Virus record (IMG/VR): IMGVR_UViG_3300034200_002321
DNA from: an uncultured virus (IMG/VR IMGVR_UViG_3300034200_002321)
Lineage: Duplodnaviria > Heunggongvirae > Uroviricota > Caudoviricetes
Strand: one strand, 5' to 3'
DNA: 64,000 nt
The notes beneath the pieces were generated by a model. The model ran no database searches, was not told where the DNA came from, and saw only the letters and a program-made list of their open reading frames with translations. The position numbers and the translations under genes are program-made. Position 1 is the first letter of the stretch; each line of letters opens with the position of its first letter. This document shows positions 1 to 8,600 of this stretch, one piece after another.

Positions 1-160
1 TGCGGAGCACCGGGTTGTGCCTGAGGCATGCCGGGGAACTGCTGCGGAGCACCAGGGAACTGCTGCGGAGCACCAGGGAACTGCTGCGGAGCACCGGGTT
101 GTGCCTGAGGCATGCCGGGGAACTGCTGCGGAGCACCAGGGAACTGCTGCGGAGCACCGG
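1..160. repeat. Tandem 21-bp coding repeat (tgcggagcaccagggaactgc) with longer variant units
   Basis: Visible directly; encodes PGAPQQF / PGMPQAQ on the minus strand. Confidence 0.9.
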
Positions 161-188
161 GCGTAGCCGGGATTTGGTACGGCTGCAT
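1..188 (-). CDS. Partial CDS with Pro/Gln-rich repetitive N-terminus (MQPYQIPATPGAPQQFPGAPQQFPGMPQAQ...); probably the ssDNA-binding protein of the replication module
   Basis: ATG at 188 overlaps the upstream TAA (TAATG); frame stays open to the window edge; not in the ORF track. SSB identity is inferred only from position after DUF2800. Confidence 0.65.
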   Translation of the reverse strand, partial: MQPYQIPATPGAPQQFPGAPQQFPGMPQAQPGAPQQFPGAPQQFPGAPQQFPGMPQAQPGAP

Positions 189-1567
189 TACTCATCCTCT
201 CCTTCGTTATCAATCAACCACGTCTGTGCCGCCTCGGGCAACACCTGCTGCCCTTTGGCATCCTCTCGAACCAGCGCCAACCCTCGTATAGGTTGGTGCA
301 CGATGGCGTCTTGGACCAAGCTCCAATCTTGACGCCGCGACTTGATTATTTTTTCCGCCTGAGCGGGAGAGACCGGCTCTCGCCGCTCATAATCACCATC
401 CCCGTACAGCACAGTGAGCACCGCCACGACGTTTGCACCTGCGGCCCACGCACGGTGCCCGTACTTGGCGATCAGTTTGCGACCGGGGATGTTCACACCG
501 GCCACCGCTCTCTCGTACAAAGCCCGCTCGACACGGGACAGAAAGTCTCGCATCGCATCTGCTCTTTCCGAAAGCCACAGCAGCTGCTCAACGGTGAGAT
601 CTCTTGTCAGTGCGTACGAAGGCTGACCTGAAGCGTCATCGATGACACCGACACTGATCTCCTGCAGCACAGCATCCTGTTGCATCGGGCAAGTCATTGC
701 ACGAGGACAGTACTGGCAGTGCGGACCGGCTATCAGTAGCGATTCATCACCGGTTTGCAGTGGCAGCCGTAACCGGTGCCACCGTTCCAGCACAACATTC
801 GCGGTGTGACCGATCTTCTCATATGCAAGGTGTATGTCTGTCTGACCGGGTACAAACTTCGACACCGAAGGGTTGCACCGAGGCTGCACCACGACCTGCA
901 CCACACGTCGAACACGAGTGTCCGGCGCCTGTTGGGCCATCCACTCCATCACGAGAAGGGCATACGCTGTTGTCTGCAGCCCCGAAGCGTGGACGGGTTT
1001 TCGCCCAAACTTCAAATCGAGTATGCACAACACTCCCGTTTCCGGGCAATACAGCACGCAGTCTGCGGTGCCCCCGAACAAGGGGGTGCCTTGCTCGATC
1101 TCCGTATCGCCTGAAGGTGCACTCCAGAGGCCGCTTGTTCGTTCAGCCTCGGTGCTGACTCGCGGATCTGTCATGCTGTGTTCAGCAATCAGCTCACAAA
1201 CGGTACTAAGAAACAGCTGGACAGCGTCGACCATCTCAACGGTCACCGGGACAGGGGCTGTTGCTTCGGGATCAAACTCCGTCCACAACCTATCGACGAA
1301 GGTGGACGCCCATGAAATTGCAGTCTCAACGGCAATTCCCAGCGTCGTCTTACCGCCCCACGCATACCAAACGGGTATTGATTCTTTCTCCAAAGTAGGG
1401 TGAGACACACACACTCGTTTCAGTGTGAGGCAAAGAAGTGCGTGGCAACAAGACCCCTCTTCGCTGGCTGCGGAAGGTCGGGAAACAACAACCTGCCCGA
1501 ACAAACTACCCGGGCAGGTTGTCCACCGATCAGCAGATGAGGGGCCAAGCAGGTAGTGCTTAGCCAA
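188..1567 (-). CDS. DUF2800-type PD-(D/E)xK (Cas4/RecB-like) phage exonuclease
   Basis: PSSADRWTTCPGS, EGSCCH, GGTADC, ILDLKFG, Q..AYA and GPHCQYCP...CP motifs; TTG start at 1567 overlapping the upstream stop. Confidence 0.85.
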   Translation of the reverse strand: MAKHYLLGPSSADRWTTCPGSLFGQVVVSRPSAASEEGSCCHALLCLTLKRVCVSHPTLEKESIPVWYAWGGKTTLGIAVETAISWASTFVDRLWTEFDPEATAPVPVTVEMVDAVQLFLSTVCELIAEHSMTDPRVSTEAERTSGLWSAPSGDTEIEQGTPLFGGTADCVLYCPETGVLCILDLKFGRKPVHASGLQTTAYALLVMEWMAQQAPDTRVRRVVQVVVQPRCNPSVSKFVPGQTDIHLAYEKIGHTANVVLERWHRLRLPLQTGDESLLIAGPHCQYCPRAMTCPMQQDAVLQEISVGVIDDASGQPSYALTRDLTVEQLLWLSERADAMRDFLSRVERALYERAVAGVNIPGRKLIAKYGHRAWAAGANVVAVLTVLYGDGDYERREPVSPAQAEKIIKSRRQDWSLVQDAIVHQPIRGLALVREDAKGQQVLPEAAQTWLIDNEGEDE

Positions 1568-2324
1568 GGCGCACCCCCCGTGCATGCAGCGAAGCCTGCA
1601 GTGCGTTGTAGAGGACGGGTGCGTTGGCGTCAGTGAGCTGCGACAAGTTGCTCATGCCTGCCATGGCAATTGCATCCTGCACAGACTCTCGAGCGCCTGT
1701 CGCCGGACTGTTCACCAGTTGGATCACAAACCCGCGCACGTTCGCGGCGTTAAACTGCGGAGCTGGCTGTTGGACAGGCACCGCCTGTGGCACGGGTTGT
1801 GGAACCGGAAAGGCCGCGGGTTGTGGCGCAAACGCAGCCGTAGGTGCACCCGCAGTGAACGGGTTAAATTGCTGATTTGTGGTCAGATCCACGGCCACCG
1901 AGGTGGAGCTGACCGGATCGGGTGCTGGGGGAAACGTCCGCACGCCGGGCTGCCCGCCGGCTGGTGGCGTGTAGAGCGGCTGCTGCACAGGCAACACGGG
2001 GCCGGGGATGGCGTTTGGAAAACCCGGAGCCTGGAAAGCAGCCTGGGGCGGCTCCGCGGTGATTGGCGGAGCAGGGGCAGCCTCTCCTTTTTTTCGCCGC
2101 CCTCGTTTTGCAGGCGAGGGGTCGGCACCTGCTGGAGGCGTGGCAGGGGCCTCTGAATTCGTCACATCCCACTGCGACGTGGGTGGCAGCTGGCTGTGTT
2201 CGGCTTCCGGCAGGCCCAAGGCCGCCACACCGAAATTCACCCTCAGACCAGCCTTAAACAGAGCATGAAACGCCGGATCAACATTCGCCAGATCATGATC
2301 ATCAAACTGAATTGTAATCAACAT
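1560..2324 (-). CDS. Pro/Ala-rich hypothetical protein of the replication module
   Basis: AAGGAG RBS before ATG 2324; low-complexity middle, helical C-terminus. Confidence 0.7.
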   Translation of the reverse strand: MLITIQFDDHDLANVDPAFHALFKAGLRVNFGVAALGLPEAEHSQLPPTSQWDVTNSEAPATPPAGADPSPAKRGRRKKGEAAPAPPITAEPPQAAFQAPGFPNAIPGPVLPVQQPLYTPPAGGQPGVRTFPPAPDPVSSTSVAVDLTTNQQFNPFTAGAPTAAFAPQPAAFPVPQPVPQAVPVQQPAPQFNAANVRGFVIQLVNSPATGARESVQDAIAMAGMSNLSQLTDANAPVLYNALQASLHARGVRLG

Positions 2325-2415
2325 TGCCCACTCCTTTCTGGTAAAAAAGGGCGTGGGCAATGTAGCCGACAGCATCAACCCGAACAAATCACATTTGCCA
2401 GATTTTGGCAAATTC

Positions 2416-3282
2416 TCAGAGTGGGCGAACTGCTGACGGGATGGCTTTGTTGAGTGCGTCGTTCACGGGTACACCCCGTGCCGTCTGCGCCGCCCCATCA
2501 GCTGCAGTGACGGGAAACCTCGCGAGTAGTGGGTACAGCACCGGCGCTTCAAGCCCCTCATACAGCCTCTGCAAATTGGTTTCTGTGAAAAGGCCGTTGC
2601 TGCCCAGAGGGACAATCGACGCCTCAGCTCCTGGGTTCGATGGCGGAGCGTATGTCTGACGCACTTTTGCGAGGTCGAAGAGAAACTCTTCTTTGGTCAG
2701 CTCTGCTGCGGACAGCCCAAGCCACCGCGTACCGATGAGCGTGACGCACTCGCCCAGGAAGCTCCAAACGAGCTGTGCAGCTTCTACAGTCATGGTCAGA
2801 GGCAGGTTGTTGTCTGAAGACTGGTAGATGTTCGCAAGAGCGAACATCACCAGCTCGTTCAGGTCTTTCAGATCCTGATTTCGTACGATGTTGTTGAAGT
2901 ATGGGACGGGCGATATCACCCACGCGGCCGCGGCCGGCGAGACATGTCCACCCTCCAGCCGTGGCTGATTCGCAGGCACAGCCCGCTGCTTAAACGCGGT
3001 CTTGGCTTGGTTCAGCATGTCACACAGTCGCAACACAGTGTTAATTGACGGGTGGTGTTCCCGCCTCGCATCCACGTGCGTCATGACGTGAAACTGACAT
3101 TGATTGATTCTTCGCGCAATGCTGAGCCACGCCTTGTTCTGCGTGTACAGTCGATCGGCAAAGTTCGGCACCCCGAACCCGAGTCGACTCCACGGTTCGA
3201 CGTTAAACAGTAAAACGGAATCGCTGCCGAGAGTCTGGTCTTTGTCCCAGGTAGGGGTTGGGTCGACTGATGAAGCGGACAC
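2416..3282 (-). CDS. Hypothetical protein
   Basis: 288-aa ORF tightly packed in the operon. Confidence 0.7.
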   Translation of the reverse strand: MSASSVDPTPTWDKDQTLGSDSVLLFNVEPWSRLGFGVPNFADRLYTQNKAWLSIARRINQCQFHVMTHVDARREHHPSINTVLRLCDMLNQAKTAFKQRAVPANQPRLEGGHVSPAAAAWVISPVPYFNNIVRNQDLKDLNELVMFALANIYQSSDNNLPLTMTVEAAQLVWSFLGECVTLIGTRWLGLSAAELTKEEFLFDLAKVRQTYAPPSNPGAEASIVPLGSNGLFTETNLQRLYEGLEAPVLYPLLARFPVTAADGAAQTARGVPVNDALNKAIPSAVRPL

Positions 3283-3294
3283 AGTGTTCTCTTT

Positions 3295-4335
3295 CTACTG
3301 AACGATGGGTGGTGGTGGTGACGGCCGTCGAATGGCCTCTTGACCGTCAATTATGGCCGCAGCTACGCCCTCGATTTGGCGAACAACTGCGAGTGTTTGG
3401 TCATCGCGGTTGGCGTTAGCCACACGCTGCAACGCCTCGACGAACGCTTCGCCTTTGTAGTCAACAATCGTCTCAACATACCGAATTTGCGGCGTTGCAG
3501 GAGGAGTACCAGCGGTCCGCTGAACGATTGGGTTATTTGGTGTGGAGCCAACGGCGTCACGTTTTGCCTGCCGATAACGCCGTAATGCTTGGAACGCAAC
3601 GCCGGCAACGCCAACCAAGCTGGTTGGAATGGCGACGTGCGGTGCGAGTACTGTGAGAGCAGCCGCGCCAAGAGCTTTGGCGACACCGCCCCACTGTGCG
3701 GAGAGCCCGCCAGCGTTTGCGCTGACGGGCTCTGGGGTGTCTGACGGCTGGGCCGCCTCAGCTGAAGCCTGCTGCTGCAACTTCAGGTTTTGCAGGTCGC
3801 GAGCAAGCTGCTCCAGCTGTTGCTGAACTGCCGCACTTACACTCGGCTGCGGTGCAGCAGCTGCATTTGGTTGTGGTGCAGCAGGAGGGCTTGGTGCTAC
3901 GTTCTGCTGTGGTCGTACAGGTCGAGGTACGGCACCGACGGACTCTTCGGTGTCGTCGTCGATCGCAAACGCTGCGGCCAAGGACCGCCACTCCCCGCGA
4001 GAGTACCCCACACGCCGAGCTTGCACCACGCCTCTGCGCACATAGCAAAATGTTGGCAGGCGTGTGACTCGCATCGCCGCTGCAAACCGAGACACTTTCG
4101 GGTCTGACTGCCCTTGCGAGTCGGCCACGCACATCGGTATGAAATTTATGCCGTTCTCCTTCGACAACAGCTGTCGCAGCTGCGGGTTCTGCTTGTAGTC
4201 GTCGGAAAAGATTCGGCACGGCGGGCACTGATGCGAATGGAAGTAGTACACCGTCGCCTGCTGGGGCAGCTCGTACTCCTCCAGAGAAGGGGCTGCTTGT
4301 GTCGTCAGGCACAGCAGAATCAGCATCAACTGCAT
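3295..4335 (-). CDS. Exported thioredoxin-fold protein with Pro/Gln linker and C-terminal hydrophobic segment
   Basis: Signal-like N-terminus; YYFHSHQCPPCR (CxxC) and TRLPTF cis-Pro motif; GGAGG RBS. Confidence 0.75.
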   Translation of the reverse strand: MQLMLILLCLTTQAAPSLEEYELPQQATVYYFHSHQCPPCRIFSDDYKQNPQLRQLLSKENGINFIPMCVADSQGQSDPKVSRFAAAMRVTRLPTFCYVRRGVVQARRVGYSRGEWRSLAAAFAIDDDTEESVGAVPRPVRPQQNVAPSPPAAPQPNAAAAPQPSVSAAVQQQLEQLARDLQNLKLQQQASAEAAQPSDTPEPVSANAGGLSAQWGGVAKALGAAALTVLAPHVAIPTSLVGVAGVAFQALRRYRQAKRDAVGSTPNNPIVQRTAGTPPATPQIRYVETIVDYKGEAFVEALQRVANANRDDQTLAVVRQIEGVAAAIIDGQEAIRRPSPPPPIVQ

Positions 4336-4338
4336 AGG

Positions 4339-4851
4339 TCACCTCCGCAACCACCGGGGGACCAACCGCGACAATTGTCGCAGCAAGGACCCAGACAAAG
4401 AGAAAGAATCGCATTTCTTCGGCCTCCACACAAAACGACTGTGAAACCTGACGCCCAGCCACATGGCGCGACGTCGCCAACCGCTCACCTGCGAGCGGTA
4501 CAGAAGGAACAGAAACAGAGAGTCATTGATTTCTCTGTCTTGATAGGTCGCACTGGCATCACATAGTAAGTCATGGACAAGTGATGCCCACTGAAACATC
4601 GGATCTTTCGGCTTACCGATAACGAGTTGGGCAAACCACGGAATCGTGGCCCCGTCAAACTCATACCCCTCCGGCACGCTCATGCGGACCTGGTGAAGCC
4701 CATTGGCGTCAACAGGGACAATGGCGACCCATCTGTCAATAAACTTAAACCCGCGGAGGGTGTCGACTACAGGCAGCTGTTCGGGAAACACCACTCGCGG
4801 GGGTGATACGTCAAACCGGAGAGAGTGCCGTGAATGGGCTTCCAACATCAT
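4339..4851 (-). CDS. DUF1353 family protein
   Basis: VPEGYEFDGATIP, ASLVHDLLC, DSLF and MWLGVR motifs. Confidence 0.8.
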   Translation of the reverse strand: MMLEAHSRHSLRFDVSPPRVVFPEQLPVVDTLRGFKFIDRWVAIVPVDANGLHQVRMSVPEGYEFDGATIPWFAQLVIGKPKDPMFQWASLVHDLLCDASATYQDREINDSLFLFLLYRSQVSGWRRRAMWLGVRFHSRFVWRPKKCDSFSLSGSLLRQLSRLVPRWLRR

Positions 4852-5120
4852 TGCCTCCCGTGCACTACCTGAGGCGACACCTGATGCTCATCGCGGGTCA
4901 CGCGTGAGAGCAGGTTGAAGAACTGCATTCGTTCCTCGCGGTGGCTCGCCTCTATACGCTCATACCCGGCCTGGATCTCGCGGATATGCTCCGGTATCGC
5001 TCCAATTGCTGCGTATCCCACCCAGCAGACAGCCGCAAGGATGAGCACTAGCAAAGCGTTGCTGAAGCTGAGTCCAGTAAACCACTGAACGACAAGTTGA
5101 ACCGCTTTGTTGTCGGTCAT
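4848..5120 (-). CDS. Small membrane protein, possible holin
   Basis: One strong TM segment followed by a charged tail; lies at the end of the late operon. Confidence 0.5.
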   Translation of the reverse strand: MTDNKAVQLVVQWFTGLSFSNALLVLILAAVCWVGYAAIGAIPEHIREIQAGYERIEASHREERMQFFNLLSRVTRDEHQVSPQVVHGRQ

Positions 5121-5135
5121 GACACCCTCGTGGTG

Positions 5136-5609
5136 TTATGCAGGTTCCACTGTGATTGAAAGAAGGCCACTGCCCGTGGTCAGAGCTCCACTGAGCACCA
5201 GTGCCAGTCGGTCACCAGCAGCAAGCGTGAGGTTGGCTGCTGTGGCAGACAGAGCGATGGTTTGCACTGTGTGCGCGGTGCCGTTCAAGTTGATACCTGT
5301 GACTGAACTCTGAGCTGGCGTGGTGCCTGTGGTTGGTGTAGCGGTGCCAGTCGCCTTGCAGACGCATGCCGTCAAGGCCGCACCCTGCGCGATGTCAGGG
5401 GTGTACTGGATCCCCGTGACTCGCATGGCCCTCGGGGCGACAAACACGGTGTGAACGGTCTTTGACGCGTGCAACTCGATCTTCTGCTGGACACTGAGAG
5501 ACCCGTAGACCTCTACAAAGTTTCGATCGGCACGGCCGTACGCAGTGCGCACAGCAGCAGGACCCTGCGTTGCCTGAAACTGACCTTGCAACAGCGTCTC
5601 TCTGGCCAT
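5136..5609 (-). CDS. Hypothetical beta-rich Ala/Thr protein, probably virion-associated
   Basis: RBS present; composition typical of small structural proteins. Confidence 0.55.
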   Translation of the reverse strand: MARETLLQGQFQATQGPAAVRTAYGRADRNFVEVYGSLSVQQKIELHASKTVHTVFVAPRAMRVTGIQYTPDIAQGAALTACVCKATGTATPTTGTTPAQSSVTGINLNGTAHTVQTIALSATAANLTLAAGDRLALVLSGALTTGSGLLSITVEPA

Positions 5610-5692
5610 GGAAGCTCCCTATCCAAGCTCATTGGTTGTAACGAAGACTGCCGATGGGCGTATGCTAAGAGGGCCCCGCGGAAAGTGCAAGC

Positions 5693-8600
5693 CTAACGCT
5701 GCATTAACTCACGCAGCCTGTCTATCCGAGTCGGGACAGCCCTCTGGGCCTTCTCAGCTTTTTCGGTCTCTCGCTGTTGCTTTCTGAGAGCAGCCAAGAC
5801 CTTGCCAAGCTGTTCCAGTTTGGCGGCATCCTCAGCAGCCCCTGACTCCAACAGCCTCTTCTGCAGCTCGGCAGTCCCGCTGACCGTCGTAAGCGGACGA
5901 GCTCCATACTCGATCTGCAAAGCGTTGACTCTGTCTCTTATGTCTCGAATGATCTGCTCCTCGCTCACGGCTTCGACGCGTGTGCCGAGCAACAGCCGCA
6001 TCACTTTTTCCGTCGCCGAGCTACGGGCCGAGGGGTTGCTGATAACCCTGGCAGTCGACGCTGCTCGACTGAGCGGGGAAGCCGCGACCAAGCTCTCCAG
6101 CAACGGACCGCCGACCGGCTGTGGACGGCCAGATGGCGGCACGTCAACGACACCCGCATTCGCCAGGATGCGGCCGAGTGTTGGGTCGAGATCGTCAAGC
6201 CGGCGGCCGCCCATCGGGCCTTGTGAGTACAGAGAGGTGTTCGTTGCGTATTCGATCCACCACTTCATCGCTGGGTGCGCAGAGGAAGCAACCTGCTGCA
6301 TCAACCCCCGAACGTCACCCTGAATCGCATTCCCCGCATACTTGACTGCATCTTCGTGCATCAGCCCAAGGCTTGTGAGGTACCGCAGTGAACCGTCATT
6401 CGCGTTACCCAGTGGGATGGCAACCGTGTCTTGTAGCTGAAAAGGGACATACCCATCTTCGTCACCTTGACCCAGTCTCGCTGCTCTCACCGACATGCCG
6501 AGAGGGCCGCCGGGGTTCTGCACAAACTCCCGCAAAAACATCGGGATCGACTGGCGCATGAACGAGTAGAAGGGGATCAGTGTCTTCAAGTACTGCGTCT
6601 CGAACCGTGAAAAATTTCGCGGGTCTGAGTTAGTCAAGATCCTGTCTGTCTCAGCAAAAGCCTCAGACAACGTCCGACCTTTAGCGAGCTGCTCCAGTAC
6701 AACCGACATACGCACAGTGGTGTCAATGTTCGCTCGGAAGGAATTGACGACCTCGCTGAACACGTTGCCCTCGCTGCGTTGCACGAGACGGTTTTCGGAG
6801 GAACCGAAGTCCCGAGGTGGTCCTGGGAACCTTTGGCCGGTTGATGCAGCTTCCGCAGCAACGCTTGCAGTAGGTCGAGCTGTTTCACGTGTCCAGGATC
6901 CAGCAACATTCAGTGGGCTGAACGCGAAATTGCCGCTGAATGGCGTCAGCGCCCCCGGCTTACTGAGCAGGTCTCTCATCATGGCTGCTGCATTTACCGC
7001 CCCGGTAGCAACCGCTGTGGTGACCGGTGCGGATGTGGCTGCCGCACCTCCCTGTGGTATCCCTGAAAAGGGAATCCCGGACAGCACTGCCTCGGCCTGC
7101 CCGCTGTTCACGCGAGAGGCTTGGTCCGCAACTACAATGTTGGCGTGACGGGAGGGTGCCCGGTGGTGGGCCGCCCACAAAGCCTGCAGAGCACGGCCAC
7201 GCTGCCTGTTAATCTCCGCGGCAGAAGCACCAGCAACACCTGTGGTCCGCAGCAACGCATCGATCTCCGGGGGCACTGGGATGCCGAGAGCGTCAAAGTC
7301 TATCGGAGCGCCACGGGCAAAACTCAGTGCCGGTCGGCCGAACCGGCCAACGGCCGTCAGGGGGTTCACGTCGCCCATCACTGTGGCGTTGAACAGGCTG
7401 CTGACACCGTCACGGATAGCCGTGCTCAGAGACCACAACAGCCCGCTTTTCGTCGCCAGAGTCAGGTTGCTGATGAGCTTTAGCGGATCCGTCAACTCCG
7501 GCAGTGTCGGAGCGACAGCCAGCTCGCCGTAAGTCTTCAGCTGAGCTGCCACCTCGGCGGGTACGCCGAGGCCAAACACCTCCTGTCGCATCAGCTCGTC
7601 CGGAGACAGCGTGTTGACTCCTGTACCGACCTGAGCGGTGGGCCTCCGCAGCAAACCCTGACGCTCCCAGCGGGCTGCAATCTGGTCAGCAAAAGTGTTT
7701 CGCACGAGACGAGTACCAAACACGCTGTGCTCTGATCGAGGGTCTAATAGATCCCCGAGTGGGATGTTGGCTCGCGAGGTGTCGGAGGGTAGATAGCCAC
7801 TCACAACAGCACCCGCTGGGCTTGCCGCCACTTGCCGGCGTAGGTTTGTCACAGCCTCGATGAATCGGTCTGCATACGCGTACAACATTCTGTTCTTAGT
7901 GGTGTAGTCTGCCATGTCTACCAACGGGTTGTTGGTAAACATCTGCGTGAATCGCCGGTCACTGTGTTCTACCAGCTCGTCGGCGAGCGCTTCATACCGG
8001 TCACCCTGTGCAACGGTAACATCAGCCTCCAGCTCCGGTAGCGGGTTCTGTGTGAGCGGCGACACACCCGCCCGGTATTGATTCTCAAACTGCCGCATCG
8101 TGTCCAGCATCTGTCGCTGAGCGTCGTCGAAGCCAAGGGCCTGAAGGCTTTGGTCGTCCATGCGCAACAGAGCGTGGACTGCTGAGTTGCCAAGATCAAT
8201 ACCCTGTGGCACTGCGTTTGCCTGTGCTGAGGCGGCAACGGCTCTGTTGTAGAGAGTCAGCAGCCTGTCATACGTGCGGTGCCACTCAGGAACTGACCGT
8301 GAGATGCCGCCACGATTTGCGTCTCGCAGAGACCCGTCCGCTGCAACAGCGAGGACACCAGAGCCATCGTTGGCAGGCATTGCCATTGGCTGCGTGATAA
8401 CCTCTCCGTAGTTGCGAGCGATGGTTTGGTGGATGTCTGCTGCTGCGGCCTCATGCTGCAGCAGCGGCATCTGCGCCTGCCCAGCCGCCCACCGAGCAGG
8501 GTCGACATCGAGCATGGCGGCGTACCGACCAAACCTCGCGTCCAGTTGCGATGTGATCGTTGGCTGCACAATTACAGGGACAACAGCAGCACCCCTGGTG

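Noticed and set aside
1..160. CRISPR array from the tandem repeats next to a Cas4-like gene
   Set aside because: The repeats are contiguous with no unique spacers and read in frame as peptide repeats. The nuclease is the usual phage DUF2800 type and no cas genes are present.
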